In this document: positions 1 to 14,530 of the stretch, one piece after another
Numbering within the stretch: position 1 is the stretch's first letter
Layout of the letters: each line of letters starts with the position of its first letter
NCBI RefSeq assembly: GCF_009914755.1
Contig: NC_060947.1
Source: the human T2T-CHM13v2.0 reference genome, Homo sapiens
DNA: 64,000 nt
Strand: one strand, 5' to 3'
Program-made: the position numbers and the translations under genes
The notes under the pieces: model-generated
Seen by the model: the letters and a program-made list of their open reading frames with translations, nothing else
What the model was told of the DNA's origin: nothing
The model's database searches: none

Positions 1-544
1 GCATTTCTGTTTATGCTCTTCCAAACTGAAGAACACAAACAGAGGCTTATACTGGGTTTTTTTTTTTTTTGAGACAGAGTCTCACTCTGTGGCCCAGGCT
101 AGAGTGCAGTGGTGTGATCTCGGCTCACGGTAACCTCTGCCCGCTGGGTTCAAGCAATTCTCCTGTCTTGGTAGCTGGGATTACAGGCGCCTGCCACCAT
201 GCCCAGCTAATTTTTGTATTTTTAGTAGAGACTGGGTTTCACCATATTCATCAGGCTGGTCTTGAACTCCTGACTTCAGGTGATCCACCCGCCTCAGCCT
301 CCCAAAGTGCTGGGATTACAGGCGAGAGCCACTGCGCCCAGCTGAGGCTTACACTTTTTAAACTTTCGTCTTGTCATTCAGTTACAATTTTTTCTCTTGT
401 AATGCCTTTGCTTTTTTGACTTTTCAGTTACTCGCTGTGCTAGTGGAGCTCGGTTTGTATAGACTAGCACTTTGGATTATCCACACTTTAGACACATAAT
501 CTACTCTTGACACAAGCGGGTTAGTTAACTACACTTCCTCACCC

Positions 545-1620
<1,076 letters not shown>

Positions 1621-2527
1621 TTTGAAAGTTTGAGGAGTTGAATATGGTTTGAAAGTAAATAGAACGGACTGGTGTAATTTCCAGTAATGAAACAAGCTGA
1701 TTTTTAACAAATAATATATTTGATTTTAAACTTACTGTATACAAATTTTTACTTGTGTAAAATATAATAGAGATCAGATTATTTGCTATGTAGAAAAGGT
1801 TTTTACAAAAGTATAAACAGACAGTTCTTGCATACTTTAAAATGTCATTTCTTGCTTAGAACAAATACACTTAAATTCTCTATATACATTATTCTGTATA
1901 TACAAAATCAGGTATTATTGATAGTTTCCAGCAGTGCCTGAGTTTTAGCAGTATGAGTTCTCATTTTTGTGGTATGTAGTGATGGTGTCTTTTCTTAGAT
2001 TACTCAAGAGATTAACTCTAGAACAAGTTAAACCTTTCTCTCTTCACTTGGGAAAAAAATAAATTTAAGAGTAACTAGATCTGATCTTTTTACTATTTAT
2101 AATCCAAAATTTAAGCAAAATGAAAGAAATAAAATAGTGATTGTAACATCCACATAAGAGTGAGATCCACCACCTCATCTTAATAGTATCTTTAATTGGA
2201 TTCAAAATGCATGCATGTGTCATACCACCTGAAGCAACCATCCTTCCTGGAGCCGTACTATCCATCAATTACACCACTAGTTTTGTGGCAGTTCTTTGCC
2301 GCTAGAGTACTAGTTTTACTATGAGGCTCACTCTCTTACCCCACTACATTCTACAGGGAAAGCACATTCTTTTTTTCCTACTTTTTCCATGTAATTGAGG
2401 AATAAAATCTCGGTTTTATATACTGTTGTTTGTGGTCTTGTTGCTTTTTTTTCCCCTGAAAAATATAGTTGTACATATTGTTCTGTGAATGTTACATGTT
2501 ACATGTTTTATTTCATTCATTTCTTAG

Positions 2528-2701
2528 GCTTTGGGGTGAGCCTGTTAATCTGCGTGAACAACACGATGCTTTAGAATTTTTTAATTCATTGGTGGATAGT
2601 TTAGATGAAGCTTTAAAAGCTTTAGGACATCCAGCTATGCTAAGTAAAGTCTTAGGAGGTTCCTTTGCTGATCAGAAGATCTGCCAAGGCTGCCCACATA
2701 G
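2528..2701 (+). CDS. USP9X: USP9X exon 33 ([18 protein letters not shown]...KICQGCPHR)
   Basis: ttcttag|G acceptor, AG|gtaagt donor; QHDA USP motif and first CxxC of the fingers zinc ribbon; 174 nt. Confidence 0.96.
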
Positions 2702-3584
2702 GTAAGTACTAATTACACATTGAAAGTATATGTTGTACCATGTATATACTAACAGAAATAAAATTTTTACTAGTACTTAACATACAAAAGTGGAGTATAT
2801 CACTGATTACTAAATACCTGAAACAGAATGATTTATATACTTTGCATACCTTACTGCTGTGGGGCTTTTTTTTGTTTTTGTCAGTTAACTTTTAGTTCCT
2901 TCTACTCTGCCTGATCTCTTAGCCATTTTATTATATTATACTCTTACAGTCTCTTTCTTCCTTTCCTTTCCTTTCCTTTCTCCTTTTTCTTTTCCTTTCT
3001 CTTTTTTTTTCTTTCTTTCTTTTTTGAAAGAGACAAGGTTTCTCTTTGTTGCCTAGGCTGGAGTTCAGTGGCATGGTCGTAACTCATAGTAACTTTGAAC
3101 TTGTGGGCTCAAGCAATCCTGCTGCCTCAGCCTCTCAAATAGCTGGGACTACAGGCATGTGCCACCACACCTGGCTAATTTGTAAATTTTTTTAGAGATC
3201 GAATCTCTTGTTGCCCAAGCTGGTCTCAAAACTGCTGACCTCAAAATCAGTCGTCACACCTCAACTTCCCAAAGTGTTGAGATGACAGGCGTGAGCCACT
3301 GCGCCTGGCCTACTCTTACATTCTTTTACAGAAGATTATTCCTGAGGAAATAAAATGGCATTTTGCATATAGCTACAGGTGTTATTTATAAATTTGCCCT
3401 TTATCTTAGAACTTGAGTGATTATAATAGTGTAAATACAGTAAGTTTAGAAGATGACAAAGCTATGGTAGTATTTCCTATACAAATGAAATAATGACTTT
3501 TAAAATAGCATTGATTATTGTCATTATCTTTAAGGTATATTTGTATACAAAACATATCAAACCTATTGTAAAAAAAGATTTTAC

Positions 3585-4514
3585 CCCCGTCCGGGAGGTG
3601 AGGGGTGCCTCTGCCCGGCTGCCCCTACTGGGAAGTGAGGAGCCCCTCTGCCCGGCCAGCCGCCCCGTCCGGAAAGGAGGTGATGGGGTCAGCCCCCCAC
3701 CCGGCCAGCCGCCCCGTCCGGGAGGGAGGTAGGGGGGTCAGCCCCCCGCCCAGCCAGCTGCCCCATCCGGGAGGTGAGGGGTGCCTCTGCCCGGCCGCCC
3801 CTACTGGGAAGTGAGGAGCCCCTCTGCCCGGACAGCCGCCCCGTCCGGGAGGGAGGTGGGGGGGTCAGCCCCCCGCCCGGCCAGCCGCCCCATCCGGGAG
3901 GTGAGGGGTGCCTCTGCCCGGCCGCCCCTACTGGGAAGTGAGGAGCCCCTCTGCCCGGCCACCACCCCGTCTGGGAGGTGTACTCAACAGCTCATTGAGA
4001 ACAGGCCATGATGACAATGGCGGTTTTGTGGAATAGAAAGGGGGGAAAGGTGGGGAAAAGATTGAGAAATCGGATGGTTGCCGTGTCTGTGTAGAAAGAG
4101 GTAGACATGGGAGACTTTTCATTTTGTTCTGTACTAAGAAAAATTCTTCTGCCTTACGATCCTGTTGATCTGTGACCTTACCCCCAACCCTGTGCTCTCT
4201 GAAACATGTGCTGTGTCCACTCAGGGTTGAATGGATTAAGGGTGGTGCAAGATGTGCTTTGTTAAACAGATGCTTGAAGGCAGCATGCTCGTTAAGAGTC
4301 ATCGCCACTCCCTAATCTCAAGTACCCAGGGACACAAACACTGCGGAAGGCCGCAGGGTCCTCTGCCTAGGAAAACCAGAGACCTTTGTTCACTTGTTTA
4401 TCTGCTGACCTTCCCTCCACTATTGTCCTATGACCCTGCCAAATCCCCCTCTGCAAGAAACACCCAAGAATGATCAATTAAAAAAAAAAAAAAAAAGCCT
4501 AAAAAAATAAAAAT
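3585..4514 (+). mobile_element. 5'-truncated SVA retrotransposon (probably SVA_D): partial VNTR + SINE-R + poly(A)
   Basis: GC-rich units (ccgtccgggaggtgaggggtgcctctgcccggc), HERV-K-derived SINE-R, A-tail; TSD AAAAAAAGATTTTAC at 3570-3584 and 4515-4529. Confidence 0.95.
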
Positions 4515-5344
4515 AAAAAAAGATTTTACAAGAAAAACATTGACAAAACAAATTGTTTGACTTGAAAATTGATTAAGGGCTTCTATTAGAAATAGTTAAT
4601 GAGTTCATTACTGATAAATATACATGCCTGTCATATGGAAGTTTTACTTTGGGACTTGTTATAATATGGATTAATGTTGATTTGCAATCGTTTTTCACCA
4701 AAATGTCACAGTAAGATAGTATTTTCTACAATCCAAACTGTATTAAATATAGTCATGGGTTGAGTACACATGTGGTTTGTGGGGGTGTTTTGTTTTTGAT
4801 TACCAGGAAATGATTGGGTGAGAGGTAATACTATATAAATGAGAAATTTCTAGCAAGTTATAGTCTTACCACTCATTCATAATTAGGGAATATACTTATT
4901 CACTTAGCCTAGGCAACTTTTAGTCCTTTTGAAAGGCCTTTTATATTAGGTGAACAATAAAATAAAATTTTAACCTTGTTTTTAATTAGTGATAAAAACA
5001 GCCAACTTTGGGGTCATTTGTTCATGTTACTCCTCCTTAGTTTTAGACAATTTTCTAAATTATTTGGAAATCACTGGTTTTCTTTGGCAAGTGAAATGTC
5101 AAAAGATTATGGTCTTGAAATCAGATCCTTATACCTGATCAACAGCTAAACTAGTCTTATTTTTTTAACTAGCTGGGCATGGGGGTGGACTCCTGTAGTC
5201 CCAGCTGCTTGGGAGGCTGAGTCAGGAGGATCGCTTGAGCCCAGGAGTTAGAAGTTCCAGTGAACTGTGATCATGCCACTACATTCCAGCCTGGGTGACA
5301 GAGTGAGACCTCACCTCATTAAAAACAAAAAAGAAAGAAACTCT

Positions 5345-5685
5345 ACTTTGAGTGCCCATACAACCATTCTGTTTTTCACTCTCAGTACAGTATTCATTGA
5401 ATTACATGAATCTTTGTGTTACAAGATTTTGCCCAACTGTAGGCTAATATAAGTGTTCTGAACACATTTAGGGTAAGCTAGGCTAAAGCTATGATGTTTG
5501 GTAGGTTGGGTGTATTAAATGCATTTTCAGCTTATGATATTTTCAATTTATGATGGGTTTATTGGGCTGTAGCCATTTCATAAGCAAAGAGCGTCCGTAC
5601 TTGCTGCAGAGACCATATGCTTCACAAAGCCTAAGATAAATTTACTATCTGGCCCTTTACAGAAAGACTTTGCTGTCCTCTAATG
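5345..5685. mobile_element. Tigger2-family fragment followed by a MER58-like fragment
   Basis: gattttgcccaactgtaggctaat...ctatgatgtttggtaggtt (Tigger2); tttactatctggccctttacagaaa (MER58). Confidence 0.7.
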
Positions 5686-6408
5686 TTAGAACACCTTCTT
5701 TTTATAGATGTTGAAGAATATCCTACTTTTGAAGTGTAGTCTAAGATCTAACTTTTTTCCCTCTATGGGCTGTTCCCTGATTATATAGTAAAAATTTGCT
5801 TAATACCTGCTTTATATTCCATTCATATAATTTATAAATGCCTTTGTGTACCTTTTTTCCGGAGTTTAAAATTCCTTAAATAAGGGACTATCTTAAACAG
5901 TGAATATCCCTCAGTACTTTTACACATAGAAAGCACTCTCAGTCTATCCATTGGATGAATTAATGGTTAATAATGTATTCCTCACATCCCTTGTTTTGCA
6001 TTTATGCATGTGTCTCACCAGAAATTGGAAAGTCTCTTTGGTAGAAAATGACCATAAACTGGGATTCTAGCTCCTTCTCAGGTTGCTAATCCTGTACTCA
6101 TTTGTGTGTGCAAACTTTTGCTTTACTAAGGCTTCCATTACAGAAAAGGAAGAATATATAAAAATTTAGCTTATTCGTAGTTTATCATTTTCAGAACTTA
6201 ATAAATTCATGCTTTGGCTTCAGCATGAATTACTATCTAAACAGATAACACTAGAAGCAGCATCGTATACTACAAAGAGATTAAGCTGTGAGCCCAGACA
6301 GATTCAACTTTAAAATACCATTTCACCTAATAATCTTGATCAAGTTAACTTTTTTATTGCTAACATTCTATGACTTACGGGTTTCGCATTATAAAAATGG
6401 CAAATGTA

Positions 6409-6507
6409 TGGGTGCAGCAAACCAACATGGCACATGTATACATATGTAACAAACCTGCACGTTGTGGACATGTACCCTAGAACTTAAAGTATAATTTAAA
6501 AAAAAAA
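6409..6507 (+). mobile_element. L1PA 3'-end fragment (~100 bp)
   Basis: L1PA terminus (gcacatgtatacatatgtaacaaacctgcac...ccctagaacttaaagtataat) + A-tail; GGCAAATGTA repeated at 6399-6408 and 6508-6517. Confidence 0.9.
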
Positions 6508-6588
6508 GGCAAATGTAGTTTACATTAAGTCCATAACTAAAATGTTTACAAAACTAAGGGATAAATCCTTTTTTTAAATCGTTTTTAG

Positions 6589-6730
6589 GTACGAATGTGA
6601 AGAATCTTTTACGACCCTAAACGTAGACATTAGAAATCACCAAAATCTTCTTGATTCTTTGGAACAGTATGTCAAAGGAGATTTACTAGAAGGTGCAAAT
6701 GCATATCATTGTGAAAAATGCAATAAAAAG
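6589..6730 (+). CDS. USP9X: USP9X exon 34 ([16 protein letters not shown]...YHCEKCNKK)
   Basis: tttttag|G acceptor, AAG|gtacgg donor; second CxxC (CEKC); 142 nt. Confidence 0.96.
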
Positions 6731-7379
6731 GTACGGGCTGTCCAGTTTTGTTTAATTTTGATTACATTTAATGGATTTAGAAGAAATTGGTTTTTTTGGT
6801 TCATCCTCACAAGTCACCCTATTTTTATTTTCTCCTACTTTGGTATAGTGGTAGCAGAGAAGTAGTCAATATGATAACTAATAGAAGGTTTGGCAAGGAA
6901 GGAAAAAAAGTAGTGCCAAAGGGGCTAGGTAAATAAGATAAAAATAGGTAAATAAGAGTGAATAATTTTAAAAGTCATAACGTGATAGCACATTCTCTTA
7001 TATAAGTTACACAGACACTTTCCATCTCTACCGAGAAACAAATTGCCATTGAACCCCTCAAAGATACAGAGCTGATAGAGGAAAACATTTCTCCTGTCAT
7101 GTCCAGGATTACTTGTCAAGACCAAAACATTTGCTGAAACCATTAATTACTTTATTGAACCACATAAGATTTCTTTTAGACTAGTCAAGTGGCCCATAAG
7201 ATTTCTTTTATCACCTATGTTATAAAACCATTTATTTTGGAAACTTATTAGCAGTTCTTTGAGAGAGATGATTCACACGCATTATAGTAATGAATAAGGT
7301 GTATCTTTGGGAGCTCCCAAACCCTTTCACCCTCAAGTCACTTGTGTTGTTTTGGCCTTATGCACCACTTAGAGAAGTC

Positions 7380-7625
7380 CTGAAGTTTAAAGATTGAGAT
7401 TGTGGGCTGTAAAGCCATACTGCCTGCCACCTGCAGCTCCTGAGACCTGAGGCAAGTTACTTGACCTCTCTGTGATTACTAGTTTTCATCTTTTAAGGTT
7501 CAGTAGTACACACTTGAGAAGGTTGTAAGGATTCGGTATGTTTTTACTTGTGCGGCACTTAGTATATATTACCTGGCATCTGAATTACCCAACAAATATT
7601 AGCTACTCTTATTGTTATTGTAGTT
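7380..7625 (+). mobile_element. MIR SINE
   Basis: tgagacctgaggcaagttacttgacctctctgtg core and 3' cttagtatatattacctggcat...aaatattagct. Confidence 0.7.
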
Positions 7626-7919
7626 CTTTGGTTTGTGCATAGGAAACCACCTTCGTGGGAACAACAGTAAACATCAAACAGGTAATAATGGCTAGATAAC
7701 AATGACAGAAACCAGTCAACAATTTACCATTTGCATATTATTAATTTCAGCATTTAAATCAGCTGATAGGATTATCTTGATTATGCTCATTGTCATGTAT
7801 TTGTTTATACTTAAAAATTCAGATAAGTCTTAATATCATTTAAAAGTTTGCTTGGGGTTTTTTTTTTTTTCCTGTGGATTTTAATAGAACATCTGGTAAC
7901 TTTGTCTTGTTTATTTTAG

Positions 7920-8673
7920 GTTGATACCGTAAAGCGCTTGCTGATTAAAAAATTACCTCCTGTTCTTGCTATACAACTAAAGCGATTTGACTATGACTGG
8001 GAAAGAGAATGTGCAATCAAGTTCAATGATTATTTTGAATTTCCTCGAGAGCTGGACATGGAACCTTACACAGTTGCAGGTGTCGCAAAGCTGGAAGGGG
8101 ATAATGTAAACCCAGAGAGTCAGTTGATACAACAGAGTGAGCAGTCTGAAAGTGAGACAGCAGGAAGCACAAAATACAGACTTGTGGGTGTGCTCGTACA
8201 CAGTGGTCAAGCGAGTGGGGGGCATTATTATTCTTACATCATCCAAAGGAATGGTGGAGATGGTGAGAGAAATCGCTGGTATAAATTTGATGATGGTGAT
8301 GTAACAGAATGTAAAATGGATGATGACGAAGAAATGAAAAACCAGTGTTTTGGTGGAGAGTACATGGGAGAAGTGTTTGATCACATGATGAAGCGTATGT
8401 CATACAGGCGCCAGAAAAGGTGGTGGAATGCTTATATACTTTTTTATGAACGAATGGACACAATAGACCAAGATGATGAGTTGATAAGATATATATCAGA
8501 GCTTGCTATCACCACCAGACCTCATCAGATTATTATGCCATCAGCCATTGAGAGAAGTGTACGGAAACAGAACGTACAATTCATGCATAACCGAATGCAG
8601 TACAGTATGGAGTATTTTCAGTTTATGAAAAAACTGCTTACATGTAATGGCGTTTACTTAAACCCTCCTCCCG
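7920..8673 (+). CDS. USP9X: USP9X exon 35 (VDTVKRLL...His box [11 protein letters not shown], Asp box WYKFDD...LNPPP)
   Basis: attttag|G acceptor, G|gtgagt donor; LKRF, GHY and FDD USP catalytic motifs; 754 nt. Confidence 0.97.
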
Positions 8674-8862
8674 GTGAGTATCAAGAGAGTTTAGCTTCTT
8701 AGTAATAAAGAATAATTTATAGTAGGCGTCAACATGTTTAAGTTCATAAAATTAATGTTTTCACTTTAAATGAGTCTAATTTGCTGGGTGTGGTGGTTCA
8801 CGCCTGTAATCCCAGCACTTTGGGAGGCCGAGGTAGGTGGATCACCTGAGGTCAAGAGTTCA

Positions 8863-9138
<276 letters not shown>

Positions 9139-9240
9139 TTAACAAATTTAGGACTTCTCAAAATTAATGGAAACACAGACTTGTTTGAAAATGGGGTTGG
9201 AAAATAAAAATGTGTTTTTATATCTGCATTTTATTTATAG

Positions 9241-9364
9241 GGCAAGATCACCTGTTGCCTGAAGCAGAAGAAATCACTATGATCAGTATTCAACTTGCTG
9301 CTAGGTTCCTCTTTACTACAGGATTTCACACAAAGAAAGTAGTCCGTGGCTCTGCCAGTGATTG
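9241..9364 (+). CDS. USP9X: USP9X exon 36 ([11 protein letters not shown]...GSASDW)
   Basis: tttatag|G acceptor, TG|gtacat donor; frame continuous; 124 nt. Confidence 0.95.
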
Positions 9365-9705
9365 GTACATTGCTTTGGATTTTCATTCCTATTATACTAA
9401 TGTTTGGTTTGCTTCTTTAATAGATTGCTTTATGTTTTTCTAAACCAAGAGAATTTTGTTTGAAGTTTGGAATATAGAATAAAAACTCTGGGTCACAATA
9501 GAGAAATCATATTAAAATAGTTACTTAGTCTAAACATGGCCTTTTGTTATTCAGAAGCTGACTTCTGCTTCTATTACCTTGTATCATATCTTTGACATCC
9601 CTGCACCAAAGACTACAAGCTGAGACTGGGGGACAGTGACTCACACCTGTAATGCCAGCACTTTGGGAAGCCAGGGTGGGAGGATTGCTTGAGCTCGGGA
9701 GTTCA

Positions 9706-9975
<270 letters not shown>

Positions 9976-10392
9976 TTAGCTTACCTAGATTGAATTCTGA
10001 CACCGATTAAAAGGGTAAAAAATTAAAATGGTTTTCTTAAGTTTCTAATTGTGAAAGTATAGAGGCCATTATGATACATTGATTTAATAATTTTTACTTA
10101 CTCATTTCAGGAATATGTCAAGATAAGGGGGTGGTATTTTGTCATTGAATCTAGGAAGAGTTTGTTAATGGATTTTTAGAGGACAAGCTTTCACCTGTTT
10201 GGTAACTCTGAGAGAATAGACCAAGTCATAGTATTTATCTATTGTTTTAATATTAGAAGCAACCTTTGCTGGTTCTCTCCAGCAGTAGAGGAAGATCTTT
10301 GTCTTTTTTTTTTGGTTCAATGAGACTCATCCTTTTACTATAGAGAACAAGTTATTGACTTAATAGTCATAGGTTTTTTTGTTTTATTTTAG

Positions 10393-10618
10393 GTATGATG
10401 CATTGTGTATTCTCCTTCGTCACAGCAAGAATGTACGTTTTTGGTTTGCTCATAACGTCCTTTTTAATGTTTCAAATCGCTTCTCCGAATACCTTCTGGA
10501 GTGCCCTAGTGCAGAAGTGAGGGGTGCGTTTGCAAAACTTATAGTCTTTATTGCACATTTTTCCTTGCAAGATGGGCCATGTCCTTCACCTTTTGCCTCT
10601 CCTGGACCTTCTAGTCAG
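10393..10618 (+). CDS. USP9X: USP9X exon 37 ([10 protein letters not shown]...PGPSSQ)
   Basis: attttag|G acceptor, CAG|gtaatt donor; 226 nt. Confidence 0.95.
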
Positions 10619-11122
10619 GTAATTGCACAGCTTTCTTTCTAAATGATGAGATGTTTACAAATAAATTGTGTTTCCTGGAAGTCGAAGTCACAAGCATATG
10701 TGCATCCACTTGATATGTTTACCTAACAGAAACACACAATATGATGTCAGTGAGTTCCATTTAATATTACTGCATGGCAATGAATAGTAATTATTGGCTC
10801 TTTAAAAATGTAAGAGAATTTTCTCTGTTCGGTTACATGCAGTAGCTTAATTATAAGTTTACTGTTAAGTAGATTTTTTCCTATTTTGAAGGTTTTTTAA
10901 ATAGTCTTAGATTTTTTTAAAAAATTACAAGTGTAAAAAATTATAATGAAATCCGCCTCTGATCTTCATTCCCTTTCCCAAGAAGCAAAATAGTTTAGTT
11001 TGTGTGATCAGTCCTTCCATAAATGTATGCCTGTATCAGCATATGTGCATGTCCTTTTTATGCAAGTAGAAGTATACATATACCTTGTTGCTGTAAAACA
11101 GGTAATGTTTTATCCTTTACAG

Positions 11123-11252
11123 GCTTATGACAACTTAAGCTTGAGTGATCACTTACTAAGAGCAGTACTAAATCTCTTGAGAAGGGAAGTTTCAGAGCAT
11201 GGGCGTCATTTACAGCAGTATTTCAACCTGTTTGTAATGTATGCCAATTTAG
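11123..11252 (+). CDS. USP9X: USP9X exon 38 ([12 protein letters not shown]...YANL)
   Basis: tttacag|G acceptor, AG|gtaaga donor; 130 nt. Confidence 0.95.
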
Positions 11253-11812
11253 GTAAGAATTTAAGTTTTTCAGAATTCTGTTTTGATGTATCATATTAAA
11301 TTGTGAAGTCATTTAGGTCAAGTGATGAAATATAATCTGATCTGAAGTAGAAACAATTTCCCATAAAACCTGTTGTGAATTTTATCTGAACATGGCACTT
11401 TCACCTTTTACTTTGTTTATGCATGTGTCTTTGTGGTAGACACAGGTCAGAATCTGTGTTTTGATTTTTTTTTTTTTTTAATCTCCTAATGCAGTGGTGC
11501 CAAATCTGGCTGCTTTTGGAAAATACTGGTTTCTAGGCCTCTTCTCACACTGATTGAATCAGCATCCCCAAAGCTAATGTCAGGGAATCCATGTTTTCAA
11601 AGGGGTCCCCAAATGGTTGTGATACTCACCAAATTTAGATAGCAGACTTGGTCTGTACATAAGTTTTTGTTTAAGTAAACTACAATTATGGATAATATAA
11701 ATACTCGCTTAAAATATTAATTTAGGGGCCGGGCACAATGGCTTATGCCTGTACTCCCAGCACTTTGGGAGGCCAAGGCAAGAGGATTGCTTGAGCCCAG
11801 GAGACTAACCTA

Positions 11813-12028
<216 letters not shown>

Positions 12029-12676
12029 TCATATATCCAAAATGAAGTTCTATATCCAGGCGTACCTGTCGTTTCAGGTTTTTTTTCTGTGATCTTACTT
12101 AATCACCATTGGATCCATGGCCCTTTTAACATAAGGGAGATTGTACTTTTCATTTGTCTATTTAGTTTGTCTTCTTTTCCCTTGTCTTTTCCGTAATTGC
12201 AGATATTTGGGTATTTGTAGATGAGAAAGAGAATATTTATTACACAGACAAGCATAAGTGGAATCTGTATTTCAAACTTAAAAATGCCAAATTTAGACAT
12301 TCAGAAGAATCCTATTCTGTTCAACTCTTTTAGATATTGCCTGTTCACAAAGCACACATCATTGTTCCATAATGTAACCTACTTGTAAAATTTTCCTGCT
12401 GAAAACAAATACTGTAGGGCCTGTAAACCTTAATATGAAGTCCTTAAGATCAGATATGCATTGGGATTGAGAATTGTTTGGATTTAAGAAAAGCAAGGCA
12501 GTGCATATACCAACATCTCTATAGCAGGGTCTGAGACAACAACTTACAATTGAACACATTAATATTTCTACAGTAAAATATGAATATTTATACTGAAGGG
12601 AGAAATAAAGACTATAAGTAGCCTTTAGTCAGTTTGGGCTAGGTTATCCCACCAACCACATTTTGACAGCAACTTA

Positions 12677-12811
<135 letters not shown>

Positions 12812-13081
12812 TTAAAAATACAAAAATTAGCAGGGCGTGGTGGCGGGCATCTGTAGTCCCAGCTATTCGGGAGGCTGAGGCTTGAATCTGGGAGGCAGAG
12901 GTTGCAATGAGCCAAGATCGCGCCACTGCACTCCAGCCTGGGCAACAGGGCAAGACTCCGTCTCAAAAAAAAAAAAAAAACTTGTTATAATAATAGCTTT
13001 TGGGCCAGGCGCGGTGGCTCACGTCTGTAATCCCAGCACTTTGGGAGGCCGAGGCAGGCAGATCACAAGGTCAGGAGTTCA

Positions 13082-13297
<216 letters not shown>

Positions 13298-13399
13298 TTA
13301 AAATAGCTTTTGGAATCTTAGGATTTCAGATAAGAGGTTGTGGACCTGTTTTTATTATGTTTTTGGGAATATGGCAATAAATAAGATTGTCTAATGGGA

Positions 13400-14530
13400 T
13401 ATAGAAGCAAATAATGTAGTTGCCATAAAATATGTTAATAGCTATAATAGGGAAAATGCAAAGTGCATCACGGGGGGCATGGTACCTGAAGGGATTTGGG
13501 GAGTGCAGAAGACTTAATGGGGAATGTAACGTGGGAATTGGTTAGTTGAGCTTTCCATCTAGAGTGTGAACAGCAGATGCAAAGACTTGATAAACTTGGC
13601 GTGGCTTATTGGATGGGATGAAAATTGTCCAGTCTGACTAGAATTGATGTAAGATGGGAATGGCAGGAGTTTCTGATCATGCAGTTCTAATAGGCCTTGT
13701 GAGAGAGACTGAGGCATTGGATGAGCCATTGTAGGGTTTTGAACAGATAATACCATCTAGAAAGAGCACTGTGGCCACAGTGTGGAATGTATTGCAGTGG
13801 AGTAAGATCCCAGAGAGTGTTAAAATGATCTATAGACATAAGATCATTGTGACCTGTACTGGAGAACTGGCAGTGAGGGAGATACAAGTGGACAGATAGA
13901 TATATGGTGCTTTTTATAAGAAGTGGAATCAGTGGATTTGGTGATGGGATATTCAGAGAAGGAGGGGACAGGGAAGAGATGTGAAGAATGATGCCCAAAA
14001 TTCTAACATGAACAACTGTGAGTGGATAGTGGTACCATTTACTGAGGGGAAACACAGGAGGAGAAACATGTATGTATGGGAAGAAAGGGGTGAGTTCAGT
14101 TTGGGTAGATTGAGTTTGAGCCTGTGTGACACCCAAATGGAGATATACAGTAGAACAGTAAGTAATTTGTCTTGAAATGTTTTTGAATCATCTGAATGAA
14201 GATATCTAGAACATTAAAGCCGTGAGCGTGGGCTAGATCATCCAGGGAAATCAGTGTGAGAAGATAGCGTGGCATGGGAACTTGGAGAAACATCAGTTTT
14301 TAAGAGACAAGGAGGAGTCGCAAATAAGAACAAAAAGAGGTAGAAAGAAAATCAGGAATCCAGGGAGGAAGAAGTGGTTATGGTTTGAGAACTGCTCCTT
14401 AGCTTATTACTGTGAAGGGGGCCAAAACCAAATTGGCATGAGTTGAGGAATAGAAAATGAGAAAGTAGAGAGACCAAATGTAGGTATCTTTTTCAAGAAG
14501 TTTGGCTGTAGAGGAAAGAAGAGAGGCAGG
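13400..14530 (-). mobile_element. L2 LINE fragment
   Basis: Purine-rich degenerate L2 sequence (gtggtaccatttactgag; gagttcagtttggg...gagtttgag). Confidence 0.7.

Noticed and set aside
3493-4473. Pro/Arg/Gly-rich ORFs
   Set aside because: Derived from the SVA VNTR and SINE-R.
7977-8463. Antisense ORFs (135 and 74 aa) over exon 35
   Set aside because: Shadow frames of the USP9X coding exon with no independent evidence.
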